A stretch of 63,525 nucleotides of DNA, filler included, from Octopus bimaculoides (GCF_001194135.2; 5 parts of 5 records of this genome joined end to end with filler, not necessarily neighbours in it); one strand, 5' to 3'. Numbered from the whole stretch's first letter, positions 23,721 through 36,826 are shown. A program made the numbers and translations. The notes: generated from the sequence alone by a model not told the origin.

Positions 23721-26029
23721 ATACACACACATACATATATATATATACATTCATTTATATATGTATACATATACATACATTTATATACGTATATATATAC
23801 ATACATTTATATATATATATATATAGATTTAATTTGTGTATACAAATTTAATTTGCGGTCCATGGGAAGAGCTGTTTTAACGATGCGTCCTGCCCAGCTC
23901 TTCGAAACGCCGGTGTTAAAACGGGAGTAGCTGATGAAGTAGAATGTTCTCTATGTGGCTTGTGTGTTTTCTCGTCTCTGTTTTGTTTGCAATGTCCTGT
24001 ACCCAGATATGCACCTATACATGCAGGTGGATGTCGGTATGCACATACCTGTACGTATATATGCATATACTCATTTACTATTTGTTTATATATATATACA
24101 TGCATACATACAAGGGTGCTTTATTGATGCTGCCTAAATTTTAACGAGACCCTTGTTTCTAAGCTACAAACGACTGTTTATGGGTGAGAGATTTGAAACT
24201 ATAACCAGGAACACACACCTCAACAGGCATAAATACACACGCTCACACACATACATTCATACATACATGCATACACACATACATACATACTTACATACAT
24301 ATTTCTGTACATAGGAAAATGAATACAAATATGCAGAAATCCATACATACATCCATACACGCACACATACAAACAGCATATTCACACATATACAAACTTA
24401 CATACGTACATACATGCATTTAAATAGTTGTATATATATGTTGTGTGAAATCATTTTTAGACATATTAATTTTATTGGTCTGAAGAATACGCAGGAAATA
24501 ATACAAGTAATTCTATGTTACGTATAAAGGAATTCTATGAGTTTGACCTTTTCGTGCCCTTTACAAGCAATTGAGTGTTACTTGAACAAAATCAGAATAT
24601 TACAAATGAAATATATGTCAGGGTTTTTCACACAGCAGGAAGCCTACAAGATTTCAGCTATTGTTGTCAGAGGGAACCTCTTCACTAAGGTCAGGTGTTA
24701 GATAGACACAGCTGAATGGCAGAAACGCAGAGATGTAGATGCTCTCACAAATAGTCCTTCTGGTTAGCTTACTAGAGAAAATACATGTCAATGAAATTGA
24801 CAAGTTCATTTGTGTTGTACTGTTAGATATTAAAATCCGTGTTGCTGAAAATCGTGATCTTTAGCATGATTCATGGCCAACTTGGGAATTTTAATCGAAA
24901 TTTCCATGTGAGAATGAAGGAATATGTTTCAAACAAAAAAAAGACTAATAAACAAATAAATTGGAAAATAAAAATAGCCATTGCTGTTATCCTTCTCGTC
25001 AGTTATGATGGATACTTGCTGTACCATCGGAGAATTGCTGATGATGTTGGATCCCTCACAAATATAAAAGATTTGAGAATATTCGATTTTCTCACCACCA
25101 ATCTCGTCTCCACCACAAACGTTATCCGGTAGATGTTTACCTTGCATTATATTTTTGGAAACAGCACCAGAGTCTTCTATTTCACGCCAGAAATTACTGA
25201 GCTCACCAAATCATTATTCCATCCATCACTGCACTAAATGCATTCTATACTATTTGTAGTTCTGATAACGTTACACGTGCCATTCCTGATTTACAAAACT
25301 ATTAAATTAGATGGCTAAGGGGATAGAAAAAGAGAGGAAAGCCATGACAACTTGTCGTGGAATATCCAGAAATAAATACGACCAAACTCCAAGGGCAGTT
25401 TATTCTTTTCACTCGAGCAACTTTCAGAACTACGATCTTTCCTGCTATTTCTTCATAATGTACTTGCTTCAATATCATTCCAATTTTTCAAATACGTCAA
25501 CGCCAGCACGTTTGCAACATAAGCTAAGCTGTCAACGGCGAATCCTCACTGGCCGGCGACGAACCTTTGGTTGGTACGTGTGTTAAAATAGAGCCAAATG
25601 AAGAAATCGTTATGTCTACTTGATACAAACATATTAACGATGCTATTGCGAGTATATGTGTGATAAGCACAAAGAATACGACTCACAGTATCCACGTTTT
25701 CTTTTCCTTTCTTCTTTTTTTTGGTATGGTAGATATAGTTTTAATAAGAAATGGACGTTGATGTGAAACATCTTCAAACTTAAGCCTTCTACATGTCTGT
25801 TTGAAACCCACTCACTCAGTGCAAACCTGGCTTTCAGAATCTTTAACCAGACATTCGTAAAATTTCCAAAACAACTCCTAAATCTTATGCAACTAAATTA
25901 TCAAAACGCACGCGCAAAAATAAAAGAAATACGTGGAAACTAAAACCAAATACATATATTGGTCTTTTTCTTTTAGTTTATTTAATGGAAATTAGTGGTA
26001 ATGAGGTAATCAATTACATATACACACGT

Positions 26030-26290
26030 TTGTATGTATGTATGTATGTATGTATGTATGTATGTATGTACGTATGCATGTATGTATGCATGCATGTATG
26101 CATATATGTATGCATGTATATATGTATGCATGTATATATGTATGCATGTATGTATGTATGCATGCACGTATGTATCTTTGTTTGCATGTATGTATGTATG
26201 CATGCATGTATGCATGTATGTATGTATGTATGTATGTATGTATGTATGCACGTATGTATCTTTCTATGCATGTTTGTATGTATCTGTCTG
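26030..26290. repeat. (TATG)n/(CATG) microsatellite
   Basis: Direct read. Confidence 0.95.
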
Positions 26291-26452
26291 TCTATCTATA
26301 TATATATTCAAGGTGAATATGGTACTTAAGTTTAGGCACCAGAGTTAAGTATNNNNNNNNNNNNNNNNNNNNNNNNNNNNNNNNNNNNNNNNNNNNTTAA
26401 TTAATTAANNNNNNNNNNNNNNNNNNNNNNNNNNNNNNNNNNNNNNNNNNNN

Positions 26453-26800
26453 ACCTTTGTAGCAGTTGACTATGATGCTGCTACACCAGTCATAGGGTAT
26501 GACTCCTTCGTGTATCACCTGGTTCGTAATACGGGTGACTAGGCTATAGCCAACACTGCCAGATATTTTGAGCATCTCTGCAGTGATTCCTGATGGGCCG
26601 GGGGCTTTCCCGGTCTTCATACTCTTAATTGCTTTATCTACCCTGGTACTATCAACTCGGATAGCTGGTCCCTCTATTGGGTCGACATAAGGCAGGCTCT
26701 CTTTCTCCCATTCATTCTCTTTATTAAGCAATCTATCGTAGTGGCATCTCCAGACCTCTTTCTTTGCATCCTCATTTAATGCAAGCGTACCATCATCCAT
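26453..26800 (-). mobile_element. RTE-clade LINE fragment (linker and start of RT), truncated by gap
   Basis: WRCHYDRLLN..VDKAIKSMKTGKAPGPSGITAEMLK..IPYDWCSSIIVNCYKG is the conserved pre-RT signature. Confidence 0.88.
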
Positions 26801-26846
26801 GTGAACACATATATATATACCTAATTTTTACACAAATCTCCTTTTA

Positions 26847-27877
26847 TATTGGGTTGGCCAAAAAATCCATTCATTTTTTTAAAGAGGAAATAGGATATAA
26901 GTTTTAAACACAAAGTGATTTATTCAGTCAATGATATAATTACCATTTCATTCCATTACCATCTGCCATCTTGTGAGCAGATCCATTATTCTCTGCTCAA
27001 AGACTTGTCTTTACTGGCGAAAAATGCTTCCTGGTGAATTATTTCATCCTCTTCAGAGTTGAAGGTTTGTCCATTCAATGAATTTTAAAGAAACCAAAAC
27101 AGGTGAAAATCTGAAGGTGCATGTTTGGGTGAATATGAGAGGTGTAGCAAAACTTTCCAATCAAGCCTTAGTAACTTCTGTTGTGTCTGCAAAGAAGTGT
27201 TTTGTATAGCATTGTTGTGAGGAAAGATAGTACCCTTATGATTAGCAAGTGCTGGATGCTTGTGGTGGATCATTGCATTTAATTTGTCCAGCTGGACACA
27301 GTACACATTTGAAATAATGGACCTGTCTGTGGGAAGAAGCTCATAAAAGACAACACCCTTCCCATCCCACCAAATTGAAAGCATAGCCTTCTTCAGATGA
27401 AGTCCTGCTTTGGAGGTTGTGGTCGTTCACCACACATCCCTTATGATCGTTTGTACTTCGCATTTTTATAGATGATTCATTCTTCATCCCCTGTCACCAT
27501 TCTTTTCAAAAAAGGATTGTTTTCTTCACATTTTTGCAATAAATCACAGATGGACAACTTCTGGCACATAAATTCCACAATAGCATCCTCTCTGTACATA
27601 GCACATATCTTCTTGAAGGTTTCTGCCAGTTTCTTGCATATTTAAAATCAAAAAGCAGGAGGTGTCAATAATGTTCAGTTTGGTTCTCAATTTTTAGGTT
27701 CATCCCAAGCACACAAAATAGAACCTATCTCATAGAAGGTTTGTGTTGAACTACATTGAAGTGTCAAGTATCTAATGCATGTACTTGTACAAGAGACAGA
27801 CTAAAGTTAGCTACTTATTAGTGTGCCTGGAGTTTAGTGTCAACAAAGACCAAACAGACTTTTTGGCCAACTCAATA
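26847..27877 (-). mobile_element. Decayed mariner transposon, 1031 bp, both TIRs present
   Basis: TIRs TATTGGGTTGGCCAAAAA vs TATTGAGTTGGCCAAAAA with TA flanks; MLSIWWDGKGVVFYELLP..YSPKHAPSDFHLF (YSPDLAPSD motif). Confidence 0.93.
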
Positions 27878-28419
27878 TAAATTGGTTTTTAAGTATCACA
27901 TCTAATTACACACACACACACACACACGATTATCACAGTGCTTGTGTGTATTAACCTCTTTGACAGACAATACGATCTACTCTACTGATCTGCTATTAAA
28001 GCCCTATGGATGTAAACCCACTTTAAAATTTTTTTATGTTATATTATATGTTATTTTTTTATTTTAATATTTTTTCATATCTTTAAATTATTCTAATTTA
28101 TCTGATTTCATATTGTATAATGTAATATATCAGCACTGTTCAATATGTTCAGATTTGCACAAGCTTGGTTTATGTATACACATCTGAATATGTGAATTTT
28201 TATATTTATGTTTGTTCTATAAGTACAGTATAGTTGGAGTTTCTATAAATAAGTACAGAAGCTGGAAAGTGATAAAAAGTGGTGATAAGGTGTCAGAGTG
28301 AACTTTCAGAGTACAAGGTTGATAGGAATGAGTGGTGCAGAGGTGTTGGAAGGAGTAGGGTAGCAGGGGATGTTTGATCATGCACAAAAGCAGAAGAAAA
28401 ATGCCAAATGAAGAGCCTT

Positions 28420-28510
28420 GGTCAAGGACAAAATGTCTGGTCCAGGATTTGAGTCCATGACCTTATGTCATGAGATAAAGACTCTAACTTTCTAAGCCAT
28501 GTGCCTCTCC
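28420..28510 (-). mobile_element. SINE family D head fragment
   Basis: ccaggatttgagtccatgacc..ctaactttctaagccatgtgcctctcc. Confidence 0.55.
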
Positions 28511-29289
28511 ATCAAAAATGAATAAAGGTACAATAAATACCATACAAGAAAAATGTGTGATTTATTGAAATGATCTTTGCTTCTAGAGATGATAAAAAAA
28601 ATTCCTGGTGGTAACTGAATCAGCTCTGAATGAAAAGGAGCCATTAACGAAAATACTTCATTTTCTGGTTATCTGGACACAAGATAAAAACTACATACAT
28701 GTGTTTCTGCCTCAACAGTCATCATCAGCACAACAAACTCTAAACTTTTCTCCAGCAGGCAAAGAACTTAGACATATACAGAAAGGAAAAAGAACATTTA
28801 CGGCTTGGGTAATTTGCATAATTTAAATGAAAATGAGTTAAGTGAAATAATTCAGAGCAGCCAGTGGCACGAATTCAGTATCAAAAATGAATAAAGGTAT
28901 ATTAAATACCATACAAAATAAATTCCTGCTAACAACTGTGACCAACATGAAATGGGGGTGACAATCAAGAATTCTCAGTTATTCATATGCCAGTAAGAAA
29001 AAGACTGTCTGATTGTGTATGTATATATGTGTATGTGTGTGTGTGTGTGTGTTTTCCTATGTACGAAAAGAATTGTTTTTTTTCTTCAGTGTTTTTGTAC
29101 CTGTGCCCACTTGAACAACTTTCCCTTTTTTTTTTTACCATTCTTTTATAACTTTATCCAGACCTTATACTTGCTACATAACCTCCAGACTGTTCACCAG
29201 TGTTATCATTTTACTAAATCTTTGTATATTTTTTCATTATCTACACAGCTTCTTTTTTTAATCAGTGTTTTTTTCTTAAACATCACATT

Positions 29290-29680
29290 CCTCTTTCCTT
29301 TCTCTTCACCTCACTCTCACTTCTGCCACATCCTCCTCCTACGAACCATTCTTCACACCCTCACTATTCCACATCACTATACATTCCAAGAAACCACATA
29401 CACTCTATACCACTACAAGAATACACGTTTTGCCCTCTGCCCATGTTTATAAACAGTACCTGCACACACCACCACACTTCCTCATCAAACTGCATTCCCA
29501 TTTGGCACCAAAACCCACACTTTTTCCAACCACATTTTCTCATTCTTTATTTTTCTGATGAAGGACTAGCATCCAAAACGTTAAGACTCTTTCCCTTCTT
29601 TTTGAGCACTAAACTAATACATTTGTTAAAACTTGGCCTTCCTGTGTTGTCTTGTCTTATTTTTGCGCTTATTGCCTAAT
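29290..29680 (+). mobile_element. Penelope-like pLTR with degenerate hammerhead (29551-29586)
   Basis: C/A-rich leader, then UUUU-CUGAUGA-A-GGA[6]UCC-AAAA-CGU-U^-AAGA (G12>A); downstream sequence resembles the 55233-55370 pLTR. Confidence 0.7.
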
Positions 29681-29799
29681 ATACATGTATATGTAAAGAA
29701 AGAACACAAACGGGTTAAGGTTCACTACAGCTATTTCAGATGCACTTTTTTGTTGATGAATAAAGTGATTACATCATGAAAAAAATCGTTTTCTTCCAA

Positions 29800-30480
29800 T
29801 GAATTGTACATCCCTCTATCCTTCCTTCAACCAACATCCCTTCTCCTTACCCATCTCCCATCCACATCCCCTTTCCTTTCCTTTCCTTTTCCATTCCTTC
29901 ACCCTACCCCTTCGTCAGAAAGTCCTATGGGCCTTCTGTCATCTCCAATCCAATCCAGTGCTACCATCCACCCTGTTTTCCCCAATTCACTTCTCCCCTC
30001 CTTCAAACGCACCTGTAACCTATGCTATGTAGTGGTCCATAGCTCCCTCCCCTCCTCCATTCCCACTCCCCCTGGATCCTTCCCTTGCTTCAGATCTTAT
30101 TGCCCACACCTGTCCATTCATCACCAACACCACCTCTCTCACTGGAACCAACCAACACATTATTCACATCAAGGACTCTTGTATCTCTTCTAATATCATC
30201 TAGTGCCTCAAATGTACTCTTTGCAACTCTTTGTATGTTAGTCAATCTGGCTGTTGTCTAGCCAACAGATATACAGAACATCTATGAGATATCTGTCTCT
30301 CCACAGAAAATTACCCCCATCACCTGTTATTTTTGCTCTACCAGCCACTCCACCAAATGCCTCACTGTCTTTGGCCTGGTGCTGCAACATGGACATCACT
30401 GCCACTAGACTTCACCAAGAACACTGATGCATTTTAACACTACAAACTCCTTGTTTGGACTTAACAGCCTCACCACTCCT
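29800..30480 (+). pseudogene. Penelope-like element ORF C-terminus (RT thumb + GIY-YIG endonuclease), decayed
   Basis: Joining frames gives SFKRTCNLCYVVVHSSLP..PGSFPC..CISSNII*CLKCTLCNSLYVSQSGCCLANRYTEHL..FGLN, the CxxC/GIY-YIG/PxGLN layout of PLEs. Confidence 0.8.
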
Positions 30481-30770
30481 ACTTGTAATAGCTTCCACCT
30501 TCATTTCCCCTATTTTATTATTTTATTTTATTTTTTAACTTTTAATTTTTAAAATTAATTTTTTAAGTTAATTAAAAACATCACCCTCCTCTTTTTTTCA
30601 TCTAAAACTTTCTCTGAGTATCAATCTAGTACATTCACTGTGTATTTCATTTTGACTTTTGCTGTTTTCCAGTTTTATTTTTGATTTGCCTTTATATATG
30701 TTTTCTTCTATCGTCTTAGGATGACCAAAGCCTTGTGAGTGGATTTAGTAGACAGAAACTGGAAGAAGCC

Positions 30771-30808
<38 letters not shown>

Positions 30809-31392
30809 NNNNNNNNNNNNNNNNNNNNNNNNNNNNNNNNNNNNNNNNNNNNNNNNNNNNNNNNNNNNNNNNNNNNNNNNNNNNNNNNNNNNNNNNNNNN
30901 NNNNNNNNNNNNNNNNNNNNNNNNNNNNNNNNNNNNNNNNNNNNNNNNNNNNNNNNNNNNNNNNNNNNNNNNNNNNNNNNNNNNNNNNNNNNNNNNNNNN
31001 NNNNNNNNNNNNNNNNNNNNNNNNNNNNNNNNNNNNNNNNNNNNNNNNNNNNNNNNNNNNNNNNNNNNNNNNNNNNNNNNNNNNNNNNNNNNNNNNNNNN
31101 NNNNNNNNNNNNNNNNNNNNNNNNNNNNNNNNNNNNNNNNNNNNNNNNNNNNNNNNNNNNNNNNNNNNNNNNNNNNNNAAAAAATACTGATTTTATAGTT
31201 TTAACTTTTAAAAGACATAAAAAAGGCTGATTTCATAGCTTGGCCTTTTTTAAAAGGTTTTTAAAAGCTTTTAGAGCCAGAAAAAAAAAAACTCAAATGA
31301 AACAATATTGGTATTAAACTAAAAACGTTTATTGATAAAGTGGCTGTAAAAAAAATAATAATGAAAAATGTAAAACACGTTATATGCATAAT

Positions 31393-32870
31393 TTAATTTT
31401 TCCTCTTCTTCTCATTCTCCATTTTGTTCATGAGATGCATGTTGCCCTTCATGAAAATTAGCATGTCAAAGTTTTCATCAGACAATAATGAGCTTTTGGC
31501 CCTCAAGATGTCCTTGCCCATAGAGAACAAACACTCCACTGCAGCACTGGAGGGAATGGCTGTGTTGAACTTGATGAACAAGTCCACCAACACTTGCTCA
31601 CCCAAGAGGGCAGCATCTGTCAGCAATTCCTTCGAGTTGGTCTCCAACCAGGTCTTGACTAAATTCTGGGCTTTGTCCTTGAGAGACCTGTGGCTCCTGC
31701 TGCTTTCTTTTGGCTGGGTGACACCACTGAGGAAGTCATCCTCCTGCTTTTCATTGTTACTGCTTCCTCTGTTGTTGCTCACTTTGTCAGGCTGCTGCCT
31801 CATGACCTCTTCGACCTTACCTTTCAAGCTTTTCTTCACTTTGGTGACCTTGGTGTTGTCATATTTAGCCAACCAGATGAGGCGAAACCTAGGGTGGAAG
31901 GCAGCAGCTAGCTGGCAGTTCTCATCCTCCAGAAGGGTCCTAAAACTTTTGTCAATGCCTGCCAAAAGTGTGTCGACAAAGGGGCTGCAGTAGATGAGGC
32001 CCTTGGACTTCAAGCCCTAAAGATCATTGCAACAACTGTTGGCAGCAGAGTCCCAAAGTAGGCTTGTTCCTTCCCCTGGATCTTGTTGAGCACTTTGGTC
32101 ACAGGTGGTATGACCTGGAAATAAAATAATGGAGAATTAGAAAATTGAAAAATTGAAATCAAATGTCAATATTAATTTTATAATTCAGTATCTATAATAT
32201 TATTTTAGTATCATATTAATAGTTAATAGATAATACAATATGTGTTTTGAAGGATTCATAATATAATATGAGTCTAGAAGCTGAAGTTCTTCAAGGTGTT
32301 CTGAATATTTCTTGCTTAAGTACTACTTCAAGTCAGTATGCAAATTAACAATTTGCCTGCCCAATGTCCTCCTTGACATGGAGCTCTTGCTGGAGTTCAG
32401 CATCTTGATTAGCCTCTCAAACTTGTCATACTTTACAACTTGGAGTGGCAACATGTTGGCCATGAACAGGTCCCCAATCCTTTGATCTACAACAGCCTGG
32501 GGTATGCCACTGCCAGTAGCAGCAGTGCCAAAGGACTTGGTAATGGTTTGCTGGTGTGCTTTCTTGCCAGAGGGAGGTGAAAACAGACTTGATAATTCCT
32601 GCCTTGACGTTCTCCTCAAACTGCATGAACTTGACTGGGTGGGTCCTCTTGATGTGCTTGCTTGAGGTTGTTGGGGCTTGTCATGTACCCCTTGATGGGC
32701 AGGCAAAGCTTGCAGTTGAAAATCAACTTGTCTCCTTCCCTTGACTTGATCAAGAAGTAGTCCTCCAGGTGGAGCCAGGGCTTCTGAGCCTGTTCCTGCT
32801 GAGGTCCAGTGGCACTGGCAGTTTCAGCCTTGACAATGTCAACATATTCAAATTTTTGAGATTCCATCAA
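31393..32870 (-). pseudogene. hAT (Ac/Tol2-like) transposase relic: BED finger, DNA-binding region, C-terminal dimerisation domain; catalytic core deleted
   Basis: WLHLEDYF..FNCKLCLP (zf-BED); VVDQRIGDLFMANMLPLQVV..MSRRTL; AAAFHPRFRL; NTAIPSSAAVECLFSMGKDILRAKSSLLSDENFDMLIFMKGN; frameshifts; acceptors at 32871-72 and 32115-16. Confidence 0.88.
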
Positions 32871-33698
32871 CTAAAATCTTAAACAATATAAATATTTGAA
32901 ATTATCATTAAAAATGTGGCTAATTAACAAATTGATCTTACAATATCAAAAATATAATATTGCTACGCAAATACTAGAATATGAAAGAGTATGCAAATGT
33001 TTAATATATTATAGTAATGAAACTGGACTTATTTATTTTATTTCAATTAACGCTAATGGTATTGCTATAATAGCAGATATTCACGTAACTGTAATAGCTC
33101 TTCAGAGTGAAGTGAATCCTCTTTCTACTGACACTTCTTTTTTTATATATAGCACTGTGTTGTGTGCTATGGTGCAATATCTTACTTGTTTATTTAAAAA
33201 AACTTTATATGGTCTATTAATAGAAAATAATTGCTTAAATATTGAATACATAAAATATCATTTTGAACTCACAATTCGAAGTTTAATTGAAAAGTTATTT
33301 ATAATAATAAGTGGCATTACATTGGGGTTGAAAGAATGATGCATACAATATTAAATATGCTAAGGCTCTACATCTGTATTAAAAATCTGAAAATAATGGA
33401 AACTTTTAAATGTTTACTGGTTTTTATGAAATTTTTGGGTTAGTGGACTTGAGTTAATGGAAGTTAACAGCATTTCCTCAGACTTGAGTACTGTTATGAT
33501 TTTTTGTTCAGGCAGAATCTGCATGATACAATGTGTGTGTGAGACAAGGCCAAATTTCTTGAATTACACTCATATTTCTCTTTCAGATGTACTGACATCA
33601 TCAATGTGACAGATTCCAGTCTGACATAAGAATTAAATGGCATGCTGTAGTCATGGCTTTAGCTACCAGCCACAATAAATCAGGAATCTCTTCTTTAA

Positions 33699-33914
33699 CC
33701 CTTTTGAGACACACAGTGTTTTGGTATGTGTAGCCAAAAAGAGCAAAATATTTTCTATTGAGATACATCTCCTAAAAGATGATACTTGATTAGCTACCAC
33801 ACTTCAAAACCAACCATTCACGATATTTGTTCCATAAGGCTGAAGGACCGGCCTCAAACTCCTTTCAGCTTGTATACCTTGGGCTGATGAATTGGCCTGG
33901 GTGTCCCAAGAGGG
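33699..33914. mobile_element. piggyBac-type MITE, 216 bp
   Basis: TTAA|CCCTTTTGAGACAC ... GTGTCCCAAGAGGG|TTAA: 14-bp TIR (2 mismatches), TTAA duplication, CCC/GGG ends. Confidence 0.85.
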
Positions 33915-34214
33915 TTAATATAATCAGTTCTTTCATGTCCAGGGACAGAAATAGCTTGAGACCTATGGTGGGGATATGTCATCTGTGACTAACAGGAAGA
34001 AACATTCTCAATGGTCAAACTTCATTAGGACAGGTGAGTTCATCCAGCAGGTTCTGGACATCATCTGCAACAATCTCAATGGATCAATGAAAACTGTTGC
34101 TATGACAGGCCCTTGGGTTGCTGGTACCCTGAAAAAGCAGAATTTCAACATTCATACAAGTATATTTTTATCTATCCATCCATTTTTGTTTCCCACAATT
34201 CTTTGGAAAGGTAA

Positions 34215-34462
34215 AGTTACCTTCTCAAGCCATGCCGGCTCACAAGGGCTGGTTTCCCAGTTTTCATAGCATATATATATTCCCCATCTGGGCAGGATGC
34301 CAATCTGTTGCAGGGTTACTCATTTTTGTCAGCGAAGTGGATTGGAGCAATGTGAAATGAAGTGTTTTACTTGAGACCACAACACGTTGCTTGGTCCAGG
34401 AATCGAAACCACAATCTTACATTCATGAGTCCAACACTGTAATCACTAAGCCATGTGCCTTC
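34215..34462 (-). mobile_element. SINE family D, full length, short tail
   Basis: Head, CORE-like domain and tail homologous to 19367-19615. Confidence 0.82.
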
Positions 34463-35027
34463 ACAATTCCTAGGAAGGTTGTGGGGGTAGAGTCCCTTGG
34501 TATCTCCTCTGAAGGGGCCTATCAAAAGCAACTATCATTAAACTTTCTATGACCAACTGAGATTATGGATATTATCCAACCATCTCACTTGTGGTCTATC
34601 TCAAGGTCTCCTGCTAGTTGGCTTAACTTGAAGAATCTGTCTTGAGATTTTTCCTGCAACATTCTAATCACATGTCTGTAGTACTGGAACTGTGATGTCT
34701 CAATGTGGAGAAGTAGTGACAAAACCTGGAGAGATTTCCTGATCTCTAAGCTACACACCTTGTTGAGTAATGTTACTTCAGAGACCCTTCATATTTAATG
34801 TAGATACAATTGCCTTTCAGCACTGTATTTACATTAAAAATAAGACATAGATGGATATTTCAATTTAATACTGTTTCTATTGCATATAATGGATTTTTAT
34901 TCAACCGAGTAGCTGTTTACAATATCAATGAATATTTATTCACTGTTTCTTGTATATCAGAGGCAACCAGTTTCATCTAAGAAGGTGGCTGGCTGTAAGT
35001 ACATGCAGTTGATATCATTTATTTTTT

Positions 35028-35413
35028 GTCTTTTACTTGTTTCTGTCATTAGGCTGTGACCATGCTGGGTACCGCTTTGAAGAATTTTTAGTTGAAATGA
35101 ATCAACCCCCAGCACTTTGTTGGTTTTTTTTTTAGCCTGGTACTTGTTCTTTTGTTGAACCACTAAGTTACAGGGATATAAACAAACCAACACTGGTTGT
35201 CAAGCAGTGATGGGGGACAAACATAAACACACACACACATACATATATACGATAGGCTTCTTTCAGTTTCTATCTATCAAATCCACTCACAAGGCTTTGG
35301 CTGGCCCAAGTCTCTAGTAGAAGACATTTGCCCAAAGTTCCACTCAGTGGGACTGAACCAGGAACCAGGTGGTTGGGGAGCGAGCTTCTTACCACACAGC
35401 CATGCTTACACCT
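35028..35413 (-). mobile_element. SINE family A, full length
   Basis: Reverse complement of the 20868-21385 layout. Confidence 0.9.
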
Positions 35414-36129
35414 ATATTCATATTTTTCAAATTTTTACAAAGAGGAAAACCTACAACTTTAAGAATAGTGTTTATTGCAATATATTGAACATGAGGATAA
35501 AGCATTAATTTTATTTATTACCTTCTTTTTTCCCTTTTATTTTGAAGATCCCAGATACAAGACATGATACTTGCAAGTACATGACACCCAGAGTGACTGG
35601 CTGAATTGTTAGACCTTCAACCAGCCCAGGTTGTCACTGAGTAGCCCAATGTAGCAAAGTCTAATAACAGATGTCTAGTGTATGAGGACATCAGGTGTTA
35701 GTCCTGTGTGATGAGAAGTGGAAAATTTGAGTCTGTCAAAATGTGGGAGAAATGTGTCATCATGTGACCCCCATATTATGTGATTTCCTAACTCCCCTGA
35801 AATCCTTGGAAGTTATGTCTGGTGTATTGTCATGAGTGGGAGTGGTTGGCTAGTAGCTCCACACTGCTAAACACTGATTAGGAGCTCCCATCATGTATGT
35901 GGTAGGTGGCATGGATGCAAGCCACTTGTTTCTAGTAAGGAGTCACTTCTGTGACTATATTTAGACAGGGCAATTTTGTTGAATGATCTGTTGCTTTGCT
36001 GTATCTGGTTGTACTCCTTTTTCTGGGAGTATGTTGTTTTTTGTCTATTTGTTATTTCAGAATTAAGTTTAAAATTGTTACATGTATTTAGTTATTGAAT
36101 ATTTTTGACAGCTTTCAATTGAGAAGGAA

Positions 36130-36340
36130 GATTTGGGATATTTGTTGCAGCACATTGAAATCAGGTGGCTTCTAAGGGAAAACTGTCTTTGATACTTTTA
36201 TTCACTTTTCACAGTTGAAAGGCGGATTTTAATGCTCTCCTCAGGTAAACCACAAGAAATATATCTGGCATGATATTTCTCATTTGTAGAATTATTTTAA
36301 AGTTCGATGAAATCAAATTTCAAGGGAAGGTATGGATTTC
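36130..36340 (+). pseudogene. Possible highly decayed Buster/Charlie hAT transposase fragment
   Basis: DLGYLLQHIEIRWLLRENCL resembles LLxHTEVRWLSRG; KFDEIKFQGK resembles LNELNLKLQGK. Confidence 0.35.
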
Positions 36341-36767
36341 ATCAAAGTCAGATCAGTTGTCTATATTTTCTTCACTTATCATAACTTCTGTATCATGCTT
36401 TTTCCTATCTTTCTTTACTAGAGCTGCAATTCCCTGGAACTGCCAGAGGATCCTCTTCAAGTATGTTTTGCATACATGGGGAAAATTATATGACAAGTCT
36501 TAGGACTTAATATGGTGCCAGTTTCATGCTGGGTAATAAATATATTTCTTGCTATTTGTATTGAGGATATTGAAGCAATAGAAGAATTCATATGATAAAA
36601 TGATATTGAGTTAAATCTTAAGATCAAAATATATCAAGAGTTTTATTTGCAGAAACAAACAGTGAAATATCAAAAACACATGGGAGATATGATATTTTTG
36701 AATAACTTCTTATCTGTTAAGAAGCTGATACCCATGTACTAAGTACGTCTGTCTCCTTAAAATTTGA

Positions 36768-36826
36768 GAACATAAATAATTTGAGAACATATATTTGAGA
36801 ACATATATATTTGAGAACATATATTT
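36768..36826. repeat. ATTTGAGAACAT minisatellite x4
   Basis: Direct read. Confidence 0.85.

Noticed and set aside
26353-26452. TTAATTAATTAA island inside Ns (also 42038-49, 50862-73, 59861-72)
   Set aside because: At 26353-26452 it is N44-TTAATTAATTAA-N44 = 100 bp, and the same 12-mer sits inside Ns at the other three sites: an artificial all-frame-stop gap spacer, not biology.
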